DNA of 64,000 nt from Gemmatimonadales bacterium (lineage in GTDB: Bacteria; Gemmatimonadota; Gemmatimonadetes; Gemmatimonadales; GWC2-71-9). The notes under the pieces were generated by a model. The model was not told the DNA's origin, did not search any database, and saw only the letters and a program-made list of their open reading frames with translations. Below, in pieces: positions 9,501 to 19,027 of this stretch. Position 1 is the stretch's first letter, and each line of letters opens with the position of its first letter. A program made the position numbers and the translations under genes. Location of the stretch: positions 91,062 to 155,061 of the forward strand of contig DATNMO010000059.1 in the NCBI GenBank assembly GCA_035602245.1, written 5' to 3'.

Positions 9501-10051
9501 AGTTCCTCATGACGCAGCGCGACGACCTCGTTGCCGCGCGCAACTCGCTCCAGCAGGCCGCGCGCGAGATCGACCAGACCGCCAAGACTCTGTTCCTGGA
9601 GTCCTTTTCGAAAGTCAGAGAACACTTTCGGACTGTGTTCCAGACGCTGTTCGGCGGTGGGGAATGCGACGTGCGCCTCGCCAATGAGGACGAACCGCTC
9701 GAGAGCGAGATCGAGATCCATGCCGCCCCGCGCGGCAAACGCACCCAGCGCATCCATTTGCTGTCGTCCGGTGAACGAACGCTCGTCGCGGTGTCGCTCT
9801 TGTTCGCGATCTTCCTGGCCAAGCCGAGTCCGTTCTGCCTGCTCGACGAGGTAGACGCGCCGCTCGACGACGCCAACGTCGGCCGCTACGTGCGGCTGCT
9901 CGCCGAGTTCAAGGACCAGAGCCAGTTCATCGTGATCACCCACAACCCGCGCACGATGCAGGCGGCCGACGCGGTGTACGGCGTCACGATGCAAGAGCCG
10001 GGCGTATCCACCATCGTGGGCGTGCGGCTCGGCCAGATGGAAACGGTCTAG
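6587..10051 (+). CDS. smc: chromosome segregation protein SMC
   Basis: The N-terminus MRLSRLELSGFKSFAG..IVGPNGCGKSN carries the Walker A. A long Ala/Glu/Arg coiled coil with a hinge follows. The C-terminus has LSSGERTL and LLDEVDAPLD (signature and Walker B). ATG 6587 overlaps the upstream TGA (ATGA). The ORF-track start at 6470 is an unconserved extension. Confidence 0.95.
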   Translation: MRLSRLELSGFKSFAGTVELPFDQGVTAIVGPNGCGKSNISDAVRWVLGEQSPRLLRGGKMEDVIFQGSTGRRPVNVAEVSLVFDNADGSLPIAYQEVVVTRRLSRSGQSEYLLNRSPVRLRDIQDLLRGTGLGADAAVVMEARMIEALLSEKAEERRALFEEAAGIGLYRDRKKSTERRLEETAADLARLEDLISEVQTQVRSLARQRGRAERYGKMVEERFGVALTLVRREIEDFDLALGSLGVRARELAEALPAARARLGDAERQREARVQARHTAEARRTEVERRLGDAKLEVGRLESDLALAAERLGNAGQRRQTAAEERVQAERRAAQADREHEAAEAERAAAERDLAAVQQELGARTGDEDDVRGRLTAERVAVRELEEALQRRAESARALEGERAALEREGGELRDQLARAAGERQSREAAAQEAAGDAGAAAQRVAREAQAAVRAVEALQHARRHVAALQEQEMSARSARRQTEAALAQLEARRDALTELDRERVGLAPAAQALLKARRDGVLGPLADFVRTSRRDAELAERLLGEWLHAVLVRDASVIDAIRAWHEETQPGPLVLLPCVPGPRLAADGHPLKDELRVDGPAAAWVRALLAGHEVLEGGALRRANGAVFLDSGTTATAGGGPLQRRAELETLAKEVREAEAARDRALATEDATVKELATAEAALAAAGQGAERARHVELEAGAEKGEADRGVIHARRQAEEAAGQVERLTRRLAEVETRLGALHAELQEREIERVRAADQLGAERAGLADLETQQEAAREQRVRWQVEAAQVEARLAAAAERATRTSGEAGASRQQAAARAEEIARIERDSAALTTQRAGWEDALQDRRFALVELEAAAKDAEANVGMTDADLAQAEGALDQARKALAALGEEEHRLQLERTEIEGRKRGLVERVETEWRKPLDQLLADAPEVAGDLEWLRQENDRLRGAIDAVGPVNALAVEEHAEETKRLEFLMTQRDDLVAARNSLQQAAREIDQTAKTLFLESFSKVREHFRTVFQTLFGGGECDVRLANEDEPLESEIEIHAAPRGKRTQRIHLLSSGERTLVAVSLLFAIFLAKPSPFCLLDEVDAPLDDANVGRYVRLLAEFKDQSQFIVITHNPRTMQAADAVYGVTMQEPGVSTIVGVRLGQMETV

Positions 10052-10055
10052 CTCC

Positions 10056-12362
10056 GTGGGTCGGCCCTTCCGGGCCGCGGCACTGCTGTGGCTGGCGTTC
10101 CCCACAAGCCTCGCGGCGCAGCGGCCCGCTGTTTCCCCGGTATTGCCGCGTGTGTGGCAGCGGGCCCAGGATACCACGTTGTCGGTCTGGCTGTTCGCAC
10201 GCGCCACCGCGTCGCTCGCCGACGTCGCGGATCGCGCCGCCGCGCTCGGCGCGCGCGTGCGCGTACGTAGCAGCTGGCTGCACGCTGTCAGCGTGGACGC
10301 CCCCACCGCCGCGCTGCGCGTCCTCGCAGAGAGTCGGGACTTGCTCCGAATCCAACCGCTGGGGCGCTTCAGGCTCCCCACCGGGGTAGGGGGAGTGCGT
10401 CCCGACCTCGAGCGGGCCGCTCCTGCACCGTCGCCCGCCGCACCCGGCGATACGTGCGGCGTTTCTCCCGGCGACGATCCCGCATACGGGCCGTCCGAGA
10501 TGCCCTACCGCCAGCTCCATCTCCGGCCGCTCACCGACCGCGGCGTGAACGGCACCGGCGTTCGCGTGGGCATACTCGACACAGGCTTCGACACGCAGAA
10601 CCCCGCCTTTGCGGGCGTCACCGTCAGAGCGCAGCGCGACTTCGTCTTTCACGACAGCATCGTCCGGAACGAGCCAGGACCGGACGTGACCTTCAACGCG
10701 CATTTCCACGGCACGGCCGTCTGGTCGCTGTTCGCCGGCGACGTGCCGGGCCGGCTCCGCGGCATCGCCCGCGGCGCGAGCTATCTGCTCGCCAAGACCG
10801 AAGACGTCCGCACCGAAACGCGCGTCGAGGAAGACAACTACGTCGCCGCCCTCCAGTGGGCCGACTCGATCGGCGTGGACATCGTGTCGTCGAGCCTCGC
10901 CTATCTCATCTTCGACAACGGCTTCCGCTACACGCCCTCGCAGCTGAACGGCGACGTGGCAGTCACCACTGTGGCGGCTGATATGGCGGTCCAGCGCGGC
11001 ATCCTGGTCGTCACGGCGGCCGGCAATTCGGGGCCCGGGTCGCGGTCCATCTGGACGCCGGCCGACGGCCACTCGGTCCTCGCCGTCGGCGCCGAAGACT
11101 CCCTGGGCACGATCGCGTTCTTCTCCTCGCGCGGGCCGACCGCGGACGGGCGGATCAAGCCCGACTTCACGGCCCCGGGAGTCGCGGTGTGCACAGTGAC
11201 GGGAAACGGGGTCGTGCGCCGGCTGGATGGCACGTCGTTCGCGACGCCGCTGCTCGCCGCCGCTGCCGCCCTCGTGAAGCAGCTTCATCCCACGCTCGCG
11301 CCCATGCCGCTGCGGGCTGCATTCCAGAACACGGCGACGAACCGTGCCGCGCCCGACACGATCCGCGGATGGGGTAGGCCGGACGTCGCTGTCGCCGCCG
11401 TGTTCCCGAGCGGTGTCACAGCGGTTGCCCCCGTACCGGCGGATGGGCCGCTCTCCTCGATCACGCCGACATTCTCGTGGACTGTGGGGACGGTGCCGCC
11501 GTCCGCCACGCCGGTCACGTTCCGGCTGCGCATCGCCCGCGACAGCGCGCTCACCGCGCCGCTCGTGGACACATTGCTCAATGCCGAGACGTTCGACCTC
11601 CGCCGTTCGCTCAAGCCCGGGCTGCCCCTCTTTTGGCGAGTGGATGCGACCGCGGCCACGGGCGAAACGGCGACCACAGGGCTCGTCGGCGCGATCATCG
11701 TGCCTGCTTGGGCCACGCTGACGTCCTTGAGCAACCCGGCGGGTGTCGTGACGGATTCAGTGCAGCCGACACTCACCTGGACCTCGCCTGCGGTGGCGGC
11801 GCCCCCCGGGCCGTTCAGTTACGATCTCTTCGTGCAGCGGGTCGCTGACAACTTGAACGAATTCGGCGTGGCGGGGCTGACAGGAACGAGTTTTCGGCTC
11901 CCGCAACCGCTCGAGCAAAACAGGGCGTACCGCTGGTTCCTCGTCGCCCACGTCGGGGCCGATACGAGCCTCGCACGCAGCAAGGGAACGTTCCTCGTGG
12001 TGGACGGTGCAGTTCCGACCGCGACCCTCTTGTACCAGAACTTCCCCAACCCCTTCCCCACCGCCTACCGCGATTCGACCTGCCTGTGGTTCGATCTGGC
12101 GACGGGCGGGCTTGTCGAGCTGAGTATTCTGGACCTGCGGGGAAGTCCCGTGCGCCGGTTCGTGCCGGGACCCGATTATCCAGCCATCCTTATGGCCGGG
12201 CGCTACGGCCGCGGCCAGGCAGGCGGCCCCATCTGCGACCCCCGCTTGATGTGGGATGGCCACGCCGATGATGGGCACCTGTTGCCCGGCGGCGTGTATC
12301 TCGCCAAGCTCAAGGCGCCCGGCATCGTGGTCTTCAAGCGCATCGTCTTTCGGGGAAAGTGA
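10056..12362 (+). CDS. S8 family (subtilisin-like) serine peptidase with two tandem ~100-aa modules and a T9SS-type/FlgD-Ig-like C-terminal domain
   Basis: Signal peptide ending ..LAAQ. The catalytic triad contexts are GILDTGFD, HGTAVWS and GTSFATPL. Repeated modules begin at PTFSWT (about nt 11459) and PTLTWT (about nt 11760). The C-terminus LLYQNFPNPFP...[20 protein letters not shown] resembles a Por/T9SS sorting-type beta-sandwich. Confidence 0.9.
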   Translation: MGRPFRAAALLWLAFPTSLAAQRPAVSPVLPRVWQRAQDTTLSVWLFARATASLADVADRAAALGARVRVRSSWLHAVSVDAPTAALRVLAESRDLLRIQPLGRFRLPTGVGGVRPDLERAAPAPSPAAPGDTCGVSPGDDPAYGPSEMPYRQLHLRPLTDRGVNGTGVRVGILDTGFDTQNPAFAGVTVRAQRDFVFHDSIVRNEPGPDVTFNAHFHGTAVWSLFAGDVPGRLRGIARGASYLLAKTEDVRTETRVEEDNYVAALQWADSIGVDIVSSSLAYLIFDNGFRYTPSQLNGDVAVTTVAADMAVQRGILVVTAAGNSGPGSRSIWTPADGHSVLAVGAEDSLGTIAFFSSRGPTADGRIKPDFTAPGVAVCTVTGNGVVRRLDGTSFATPLLAAAAALVKQLHPTLAPMPLRAAFQNTATNRAAPDTIRGWGRPDVAVAAVFPSGVTAVAPVPADGPLSSITPTFSWTVGTVPPSATPVTFRLRIARDSALTAPLVDTLLNAETFDLRRSLKPGLPLFWRVDATAATGETATTGLVGAIIVPAWATLTSLSNPAGVVTDSVQPTLTWTSPAVAAPPGPFSYDLFVQRVADNLNEFGVAGLTGTSFRLPQPLEQNRAYRWFLVAHVGADTSLARSKGTFLVVDGAVPTATLLYQNFPNPFPTAYRDSTCLWFDLATGGLVELSILDLRGSPVRRFVPGPDYPAILMAGRYGRGQAGGPICDPRLMWDGHADDGHLLPGGVYLAKLKAPGIVVFKRIVFRGK

Positions 12363-13138
12363 GCATGGAACTCGTCACCGTCGGCACCGGCACCGTTGCT
12401 CCCTCCGCCCACCGCACGTGTCCTTGTCACTGGGTCGCGCGAGGAGACGTGCGCGTCCTGCTCGACTGCGGCGCCGGTTCGCTCCACCGGCTCGCCGAGT
12501 TCGGGCTGCCGTGGCATCAGGTGAGCCACGTCATCCTGTCGCACTTTCATCCCGACCACTGGGGTGAGCTGCCGATGCTCGTGTACGCGCTCAAGTACAC
12601 GACGGAGCCGCCGCGCCGCGAGCCGCTCGTCATTCTCGGCCCGCCGGGCGTGGTGCAGCTGCTGCGCACGCTAGCGGAAGGCTATGGCGACTGGCTCCTC
12701 GACCCCGGGTTCCCGATCGGCATTCTCGACGTGCGGGAGGGCGAGCCGTTTCCGCTCAGCGCCGACGTGAGCCTCGAGACGTTCCCCGTGCCCCACACAA
12801 CCGAAAGCGTCGCGCTCTCCCTGCTCGCTCCCGAGGGCCGCCTCGTGTACACGGGCGACACCGGCCCCAGCTCCGAGTTGGCCCGGTGGGCGGCGGACTG
12901 CGACCTCCTACTCGCCGAATGCTCGCTCCCCGAAGACCGGGCGATGGACATCCATCTGACGCCCGACCAGGCTGGCGAGCTGGCCCGGGAAGCCCGGGCG
13001 AAGCGTCTAGTCTTGACGCACTTCTATCCTCCGGTAGAGACTTCGGACCCGGCGAAACTCGCCGCGAAACGCTTCAAGGGTCCGGTCACCGCCGCCAATG
13101 ACGGAGACCGGTTCACCATCGGGGATGGGAGAGCGTAG
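12359..13138 (+). CDS. MBL-fold metallo-hydrolase (RNase Z/ElaC-like)
   Basis: 259-aa ORF with the HxHxDH motif ([11 protein letters not shown]) plus downstream TGDTG and LTHFYP motifs. GTG 12359 overlaps the S8 stop; ATG 12365 is an alternative start. Confidence 0.85.
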   Translation: MSMELVTVGTGTVAPSAHRTCPCHWVARGDVRVLLDCGAGSLHRLAEFGLPWHQVSHVILSHFHPDHWGELPMLVYALKYTTEPPRREPLVILGPPGVVQLLRTLAEGYGDWLLDPGFPIGILDVREGEPFPLSADVSLETFPVPHTTESVALSLLAPEGRLVYTGDTGPSSELARWAADCDLLLAECSLPEDRAMDIHLTPDQAGELAREARAKRLVLTHFYPPVETSDPAKLAAKRFKGPVTAANDGDRFTIGDGRA

Positions 13139-13140
13139 GC

Positions 13141-14181
13141 GTGCTCATCGTGATGCGGCATGGGGCCACACGGGACGAAGTTCAGAAAGTCGTCTCCGTC
13201 ATCGAGGAGATGGGCTATCAGGCGCGTCCCATGCCGGGTGCGCAGCGCACCGCCATAGGACTGGTCGGCAACGACGGCCGCGTGGACGCATCACGCCTCG
13301 AAGGACTGCCCGGCGTCCAGGAAGTCCTCCACGTTTCCAAGCCGTACAAACAGGTGAGCCGCGAGTGGAAGGCCGAGCCCACGATCGTCCGCCTCCCCGG
13401 CGGTGTGGCGGTGGGCGGCACCGACGTCGTGGCGATCGCCGGACCCTGCTCCGTGGAAACCGAGCGTCAGATCGTGGAAGCGGCGCGGCTGGTCAAGGAG
13501 GCGGGCGCCGTGATTCTGCGGGGCGGCGCGTGGAAGCCGCGTAGCTCACCTTACTCGTTTCAGGGGCTCGGCAAGCCGGGACTCAAGTTCCTGGCCAAGG
13601 CGCGCGAAGAGACGGGACTATTGATCTGCACCGAGGCAATGGACGAGACGAGCCTGGGACTGGTCGCGGAAATGGCGGACATCGTGCAGATCGGCGCCCG
13701 CAACATGCAAAACTTCTCGCTGCTCAAAGTGGCGGGCCGCTGCGGCAAGCCGGTGTTGCTGAAACGCGGCATCAGCGCGACGGTCACCGAGCTGCTCCTG
13801 TCGGCGGAGTACCTGCTGGCCGAAGGCAACCACGACGTCATTTTGTGCGAGCGCGGCGTGCGGGGGTTCGACACGAGCACGCGGAATCTCTTCGACCTCA
13901 CGGTCATCCCGGTCGTGCACAAGCTGTCGCACCTGCCGATCATCGCCGATCCGTCGCACGGCACGGGGCTGCGCGACAAGGTGATCCCGATGGCACGCGC
14001 CGCGGTCGCCGCGGGCGCCGACGGCATCATGGTCGAGGTGCATCCCAACCCCGAAGAGGCGCTTTCCGACGGCGCCCAGTCGCTCTACCCCGACCAGTTC
14101 GCGCAGCTGATGCGCGAAGTGCGGATCATCGCGGAGGCTATCGGCCGGCGCGTAGCGGAGCCGGCCGCCGTCGGCGCATGA
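13141..14181 (+). CDS. aroF: 3-deoxy-7-phosphoheptulose (DAHP) synthase, type I-beta, with an N-terminal ferredoxin/ACT-like regulatory domain
   Basis: The core motifs [24 protein letters not shown] and ADPSHG match DAHPS/KDO8PS I-beta enzymes. The N-terminal ~65 aa ([26 protein letters not shown]) resemble the regulatory domain of Thermotoga-type DAHPS. Confidence 0.9.
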   Translation: MLIVMRHGATRDEVQKVVSVIEEMGYQARPMPGAQRTAIGLVGNDGRVDASRLEGLPGVQEVLHVSKPYKQVSREWKAEPTIVRLPGGVAVGGTDVVAIAGPCSVETERQIVEAARLVKEAGAVILRGGAWKPRSSPYSFQGLGKPGLKFLAKAREETGLLICTEAMDETSLGLVAEMADIVQIGARNMQNFSLLKVAGRCGKPVLLKRGISATVTELLLSAEYLLAEGNHDVILCERGVRGFDTSTRNLFDLTVIPVVHKLSHLPIIADPSHGTGLRDKVIPMARAAVAAGADGIMVEVHPNPEEALSDGAQSLYPDQFAQLMREVRIIAEAIGRRVAEPAAVGA

Positions 14182-14813
14182 CGCTGAGTGGGCTGCTGCT
14201 GTTGTTGCTCGCCGTCCAGGATCCCTGGCCGATTCTCGACAAGGCGAGCCAGGCCTACCAGACGGCCCGCACCCTCTCCGCGGACTTCGTCCAGATCGTG
14301 GACAACCCGCTCATCGGCGGGCCTGACACCACGCGCGGCAAGCTGTTCCAGAGCCGCCCCAATTATTTCGCGATGCGGTTCACGCAACCCCAGGGCGACC
14401 GCATCGTAGCCGATGGACGGCGCATGTGGCTGTACACGCCGAGCACCACGCCGGGTCAGGTGATCCGGACGGCGATTCCCGGTACGGGAACCACGGGCCC
14501 CAACCTCATCGGTCAGTTCGTGGAACGGCCGCGGGAACGCTACACCGCGCGCTACCAGCGCTCCGATTCGCTGCCCGACGGAGTGGTGGACGTGATCGGG
14601 TTGGTGCCGCGCGCCCCTGCCCCCGAACTGCCCTACTCGGAAGCGGTGGTGTGGATAGGCCGGAAAGACGGCTTGGTGCGCCGCATCGATATCGTGGAGA
14701 CGTCCGGGCAACGCCGGACGATCATACTGCAGAACCTCGCGGTGAACCGGGGTGTGCCGTCCCGCGAGTTCAGGTTTTCGCCGCCGGCCGGATCACGGGT
14801 GGTCGATCAGTAG
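14178..14813 (+). CDS. lolA: LolA-like outer-membrane lipoprotein carrier protein
   Basis: ATG 14178 overlaps the aroF TGA (ATGA). A signal peptide ([13 protein letters not shown]) is followed by SADFVQ...[34 protein letters not shown], the LolA/LolB fold pattern. Confidence 0.75.
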   Translation: MTLSGLLLLLLAVQDPWPILDKASQAYQTARTLSADFVQIVDNPLIGGPDTTRGKLFQSRPNYFAMRFTQPQGDRIVADGRRMWLYTPSTTPGQVIRTAIPGTGTTGPNLIGQFVERPRERYTARYQRSDSLPDGVVDVIGLVPRAPAPELPYSEAVVWIGRKDGLVRRIDIVETSGQRRTIILQNLAVNRGVPSREFRFSPPAGSRVVDQ

Positions 14814-15672
14814 CCAACGCCGCGGCGACCCGCTCGGCCGTCTCCTCGTCCATCCCCCGTTTCTGCGCCAGATCCAACGCCGCGCGCCCCAATGCGCGGT
14901 ACAGCTTCGCGTCGTCAACCGCCAATGACTCGAGATGGCGCACGATCGTTGCGGTGTCGCCGCGGAGCACCGGTCCGGTGAGTGCGTTCTTTGGCTCGGC
15001 GCGACTCAAGTTCTCGATCGTGCCTTCCACGAGTGGCCGCAGCGCGGCCCACGCGTCGGCGTCGGACAGCCCGGCATGCCGTAGAAGCCGCTGGGCGACC
15101 GCTTCCACGACCACCAAATAGTTCGACGCGAAGACAGCCCCGGCGTGATAGATGGCCTTGGCCTTGGTGGCGATCCGAAACGGCCGCATCCCGATGTCCT
15201 GGGCCAGCTGCTCCGCGGTCTCGACGGCGCGCGGCATGCCCTCGACCGCGGCCCACGCACCTTTGAGCCGCAGCGGCGCGCGTTCGGGTTCGACGATCGT
15301 TTGGAGGGGATGGAGCGAACCCAGGGCTGCCCGGCTGCTCACGAGGGCGCCGAGCGCCTCCTGCCCCTGCACGCCGGAGAGATGGAGGACGACGTGGCGC
15401 TCGGCGATCGCGCGCGCCTTGGCCAGCGACTCAGCGAGGGGTTTGATGCCGTCATCGCGGACGGCGAGGATGACGATGTCCGTCTCGGCGAGCCACGGTG
15501 GCGGCGTGTCGCCGTCGCCGACCGTAAGTGTGAGCGGCGTGGGCAGGTTCTTCTTCTTGCGGCCGTGCAGGCGCACCGTGTAGCCCGCCCCCGACTGGGC
15601 CAGCGCCAGGGCCAGTCCTACTCCCGCGCGACCGGGGCCGATGAGCCCGATCGCGCGGGGCGGTTTCGTCAC
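14770..15672 (-). CDS. Rossmann-like plus DUF2520 domain protein (ProC/ketopantoate reductase-like putative oxidoreductase)
   Basis: A 300-aa product starts at GTG 15672, which overlaps the upstream TGA (GTGA). The N-terminus IGLIGPGRAGVGLALAL is a dinucleotide-binding motif. The remainder resembles the DUF2520 C-terminal domain. The longer ORF-track version (to 16272) runs antisense through the S41 gene. Confidence 0.8.
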   Translation of the reverse strand: MTKPPRAIGLIGPGRAGVGLALALAQSGAGYTVRLHGRKKKNLPTPLTLTVGDGDTPPPWLAETDIVILAVRDDGIKPLAESLAKARAIAERHVVLHLSGVQGQEALGALVSSRAALGSLHPLQTIVEPERAPLRLKGAWAAVEGMPRAVETAEQLAQDIGMRPFRIATKAKAIYHAGAVFASNYLVVVEAVAQRLLRHAGLSDADAWAALRPLVEGTIENLSRAEPKNALTGPVLRGDTATIVRHLESLAVDDAKLYRALGRAALDLAQKRGMDEETAERVAAALATDRPPVIRPAAKT

Positions 15673-17294
15673 CGATTGCGGACCGGCGCCGGGGGCGGCG
15701 GCGGTGTGGTCGCGAGCGCGAGCAGGTCCTGCGGCGATTTGGCTTTTGATGCGAGGGCAACCGCCCGCTGCACCTGCTGGTCGTCCGCCATGCGGCGCCG
15801 GAACTCCGCGGACCGGCCGAACACGTAGCGGGTGGCCTCGTAAGCCAGCTCCTGGGAGATGAGGGTACGCGCGCCCGCGACGACCGAATCCGGCACGGTG
15901 GCGCCCTTGGCGCGGATGCGGCGTACGATCTCGTCCACCATCCCGTCGGTCACCGTGAAGGTCGGCGACGGCAGCCGCTGCCCCTCCTTCAGCTCGAGCG
16001 CGTAGGTCGCGAGCGCGTCGCGATACAGCGGGATCTTCTCGCCCAACGCCCGAATGAACGCCCGCTCGGCGGTCGTAAACGTGTCGGCCACCACATACAG
16101 ATCGGGCCGGATACCGCCGCCGCCGTACACGGGCCGCCCGGCGTCCGTGTGGAACAGCACCGCCGAATCGGGCTTCACGTCCTGCCCCCGCTGCGCCGCC
16201 ACCACCTGCGCCTCCTGCTCGGCCTCCGTGCGCGTCACCCGCTGAATCGTGCGGCCGCTGGGTGTGTACCACCGGGCCGTCGTCAATTTGAGCCCTGATT
16301 CGGGCGTGAGACGCCAGAACGATTGCACCAAGCCTTTGCCGAACGTCGGCGTGCCGACGAGCACCGCCCGGTCATGGTCCTGCAGCGCGCCGGCGATGAT
16401 CTCCGCCGCGCTCGCGGAGCCCCCGTTCACGATCACGACGATGGGCAGGCGCGGCCAGGGCTGCGGCTTGCCGTCCTTGAACTGGCGGGTTGAGCCAGGG
16501 GCCCGTCCCCGCGTCTCGACGATGACCCTCTCGGGATCGAGGAACAGGTCCGACACCGCCACGCCCTGATCGAGCAGGCCGCCCGGGTTGTTGCGCAAAT
16601 CGAAAATGAGCGACTTCATGCCCTGCTTGAGCAGCGTGTCCACCGCCTGCGACATTTCGCGCGCCGAGGTCTCACTGACCGGCGACAGCGACACGTAGCC
16701 GACGCGGTTGTCCAACATCATCGTGATCTGGACGGAGCGGATGTGGATCGTGGCGCGCGTCAGCTTGAACTTGATCGGCTGGTCCACACCGGCGCGCCGG
16801 ATCGTCAGCTCGGCCGTCGTGCCGGCAGGCCCGCGCAGCTCCTTGACCGCCTGATCCTGCTTCCACCCCTCGGTGGACCGGCCGTCCAGGTTGACAATGC
16901 GGTCGCCGGTCTGGATGCCGGCGCGCTCGGCGGGGGTGTCGGGCAGCGGCGCCACGACCGTGATCCACCCGTCCCGCACGTCGATCTGGATGCCGAGGCC
17001 CGAGTAGTTCCCCGTGGTTGCTTCGGAGAGCTGCCGGAAGTCCTCGGGCTTGAGGAACACCGAGTAGGGGTCGTGGAGCTCGTTGAGCATCCCGTCGATC
17101 GCCATCTGATAGAGCTGGCGCTCGTCAAGTGAGTCGACGTAATAGTCGGCCACATGCGCGAGGACGTCGTCGAACAGACGGGCCTGCTGGTAGACCGACC
17201 CAGCGGGTTCCGCCTCACGCTGCAGGAACCACCCGCCGGTGACCAGTGCGGCCAACATGACGACGGCAACCACGGAGCCTTTGTGACGAATCAT
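15669..17294 (-). CDS. S41 family C-terminal processing peptidase with PDZ domain
   Basis: 541 aa with an N-terminal TM/signal segment and a PDZ domain (GLGIQIDVRDGWITVVAPLPDTPAERAGIQTGDRIVNLDG). The catalytic region has DLRNNPGGLL and GSASAAEI, followed by FGKG. Confidence 0.9.
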   Translation of the reverse strand: MIRHKGSVVAVVMLAALVTGGWFLQREAEPAGSVYQQARLFDDVLAHVADYYVDSLDERQLYQMAIDGMLNELHDPYSVFLKPEDFRQLSEATTGNYSGLGIQIDVRDGWITVVAPLPDTPAERAGIQTGDRIVNLDGRSTEGWKQDQAVKELRGPAGTTAELTIRRAGVDQPIKFKLTRATIHIRSVQITMMLDNRVGYVSLSPVSETSAREMSQAVDTLLKQGMKSLIFDLRNNPGGLLDQGVAVSDLFLDPERVIVETRGRAPGSTRQFKDGKPQPWPRLPIVVIVNGGSASAAEIIAGALQDHDRAVLVGTPTFGKGLVQSFWRLTPESGLKLTTARWYTPSGRTIQRVTRTEAEQEAQVVAAQRGQDVKPDSAVLFHTDAGRPVYGGGGIRPDLYVVADTFTTAERAFIRALGEKIPLYRDALATYALELKEGQRLPSPTFTVTDGMVDEIVRRIRAKGATVPDSVVAGARTLISQELAYEATRYVFGRSAEFRRRMADDQQVQRAVALASKAKSPQDLLALATTPPPPPAPVRNR

Positions 17295-17902
17295 GACACG
17301 CCTCTCAGTGAAGGACCCGTCACGGCCGCGACCTCGCGCCAGGCGGCCTGCTGAACGGCCTTCTTTGGTTGACTTGCATCAATATGAACGATCCCCGGTC
17401 CGGCCGCGGTGCGGTACGCCTCCCGGACCCTCTCATGGAACGCGTTGTCCTCCCGCTCGATCCGGTCCCGCACCTTGCCCGCCGCCCGCTGCCGCTCGCG
17501 CCCCACCGCGACGGGCACGTCGAGCACGATCGTCAGATCCGGATGCAGGCCGCCCGTGGCGACGCGCAGCGCCGATTCGACGTCGGCCCGCGGGAGCCCC
17601 CGGCCCGCCACCTGATAGGCGAGTGTCGAGAGCCCGAAGCGATCGGCCACGATGATGCGTCCATCGTTCAGCGCCGGCCGGATGACCCGCTCCACGAGAT
17701 CGGCGCGCGCCGCCAAGAACAAGAACAGCTCGGCGCCGAATGCCCGGTCATGCCGCGATTTCAGCGCCAGTTTCCGCGCGGCTTCCGCGATCGGCGTCCC
17801 ACCCGGCTCGCGCACTGTGACGGCGTCCAATTTCGTACCCAGCCATCGGACCAGCGTCGATTTGCCCGCGCCTTCCGGGCCCTCCACCACCACGAACGTC
17901 AT
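17291..17902 (-). CDS. tmk: dTMP (thymidylate) kinase
   Basis: A 203-aa product begins MTFVVVEGPEGAGKST (P-loop) and carries a DRF motif (VADRFGLSTLAYQ). The ATG overlaps the upstream stop (ATGA). The ORF-track extension to 18328 is unconserved. Confidence 0.92.
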   Translation of the reverse strand: MTFVVVEGPEGAGKSTLVRWLGTKLDAVTVREPGGTPIAEAARKLALKSRHDRAFGAELFLFLAARADLVERVIRPALNDGRIIVADRFGLSTLAYQVAGRGLPRADVESALRVATGGLHPDLTIVLDVPVAVGRERQRAAGKVRDRIEREDNAFHERVREAYRTAAGPGIVHIDASQPKKAVQQAAWREVAAVTGPSLRGVS

Positions 17903-18252
17903 CCGAGCGTGATGATCGGGCTCGCGGCGCCCTTCTTCATGCCTTCGTAGATCCGGGTGTTGATCTTGGCCATCAGCTTCTCGAAGTTCGACTGCGCTGC
18001 GACCATCTGCTGATACACCGGATTCCCCTGCACGCTTTGGAGCGCGCGGTCGTACTGCTCGACCTGTTCCTTGGTCGGCTCCTGCCCCTGCTGCGCCACG
18101 CGCTCGATATCCTGTGCGAGGCGCTCCGCCTCCGCGAGGATTTTCTGCACCGCCGGGTCCTCCCGCAGCGCTTCGGTCGCGCGGCGCAGCGCTTTGTATT
18201 CGTCGGTCTGGCCCAGCAGCCGGCCCAGCTCTTCCGCCTTGTCCTCGAGCAC
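17899..18252 (-). CDS. YlbF/YmcA family protein
   Basis: 117-aa helical protein. The pattern L...I..TDEYKALRRATEAL..DPAVQKIL....L..........Q...Y...L..LQGNPVYQQMVAAQSNFEKLM resembles the YlbF/YmcA family. The call rests on pattern only. Confidence 0.6.
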   Translation of the reverse strand: MLEDKAEELGRLLGQTDEYKALRRATEALREDPAVQKILAEAERLAQDIERVAQQGQEPTKEQVEQYDRALQSVQGNPVYQQMVAAQSNFEKLMAKINTRIYEGMKKGAASPIITLG

Positions 18253-19027
18253 CTAGTCCTCCCGGGGAAACGCCAGCGCATACCGCGGCCGGCCGAACAG
18301 GTCGTCGTGAACGCTGATCCGCGCCCACCGGTATTCGTGGGCCAGCGCGCGCACGGCATCGCCGCGCCGCTCATCGATTTCCAGCGCCAACATGCCACCC
18401 GGCTCGAGGAGGGCTGCCCCCCCGGCGAAGAGGGTGCGTGTGGCGGCGAGTCCGTCGCGGCCGCTCACCAACGCCTCCGCCGGCTCGAACTGCCGGACCG
18501 CAGGATCCAGCGCGACGTACTCGTCCTCGGTGAGATATGGCGGGTTCGACACGATGACGCGATACCGCTCCCCTTTGTCCCCCAGGGGTGCGAGCAGGTT
18601 CCCTTGCCGAATCTCGACCGGCGTGCGCGGCTGCACGAGCGCGACGTTCTCCCGGGCGAGCGCGGCCGCTTCAGCCGAGCGCTCCACCGCAATGACGCGG
18701 TCGAAGCTCCCCTCGACGGCCAGGGAAAGCGCGATGCAGCCGCTGCCCGTACCGATGTCCGCCGCGAGTCCGCCTTTTGCCCTTGGGAGGATTAGGTCCA
18801 CGAGCCCCTCGGTCTCCGGCCGCGGAATCAACGCGCGCGCATCGATCGCCAAGTCTAGCGTTCGGAAGCCGACGCTCCCCACCGCATACGCGAATGGCAC
18901 ACCTCGGTCCAGCTGCGCCACGGCGTCCTGGAACCGTGCAACAACCTCCGGTGGTTTGGGCTCGTCGCGGCGAAGCCAGGCTTCGCCGACCGTCATGCCC
19001 GACACGGCGGCCCACACGGCCAAGGCC

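Noticed and set aside
7228-10381. Very long minus-strand ORFs (649 aa at 7228-9177 and 718 aa at 8225-10381) antisense to smc.
   Set aside because: Their translations are low-complexity Ala/Arg/Ser/Pro strings with no motifs. They mirror the Ala/Glu/Arg coiled-coil codons of smc. Such shadow ORFs are expected in GC-rich DNA, where stop codons are rare. The plus-strand frame carries unmistakable SMC motifs.
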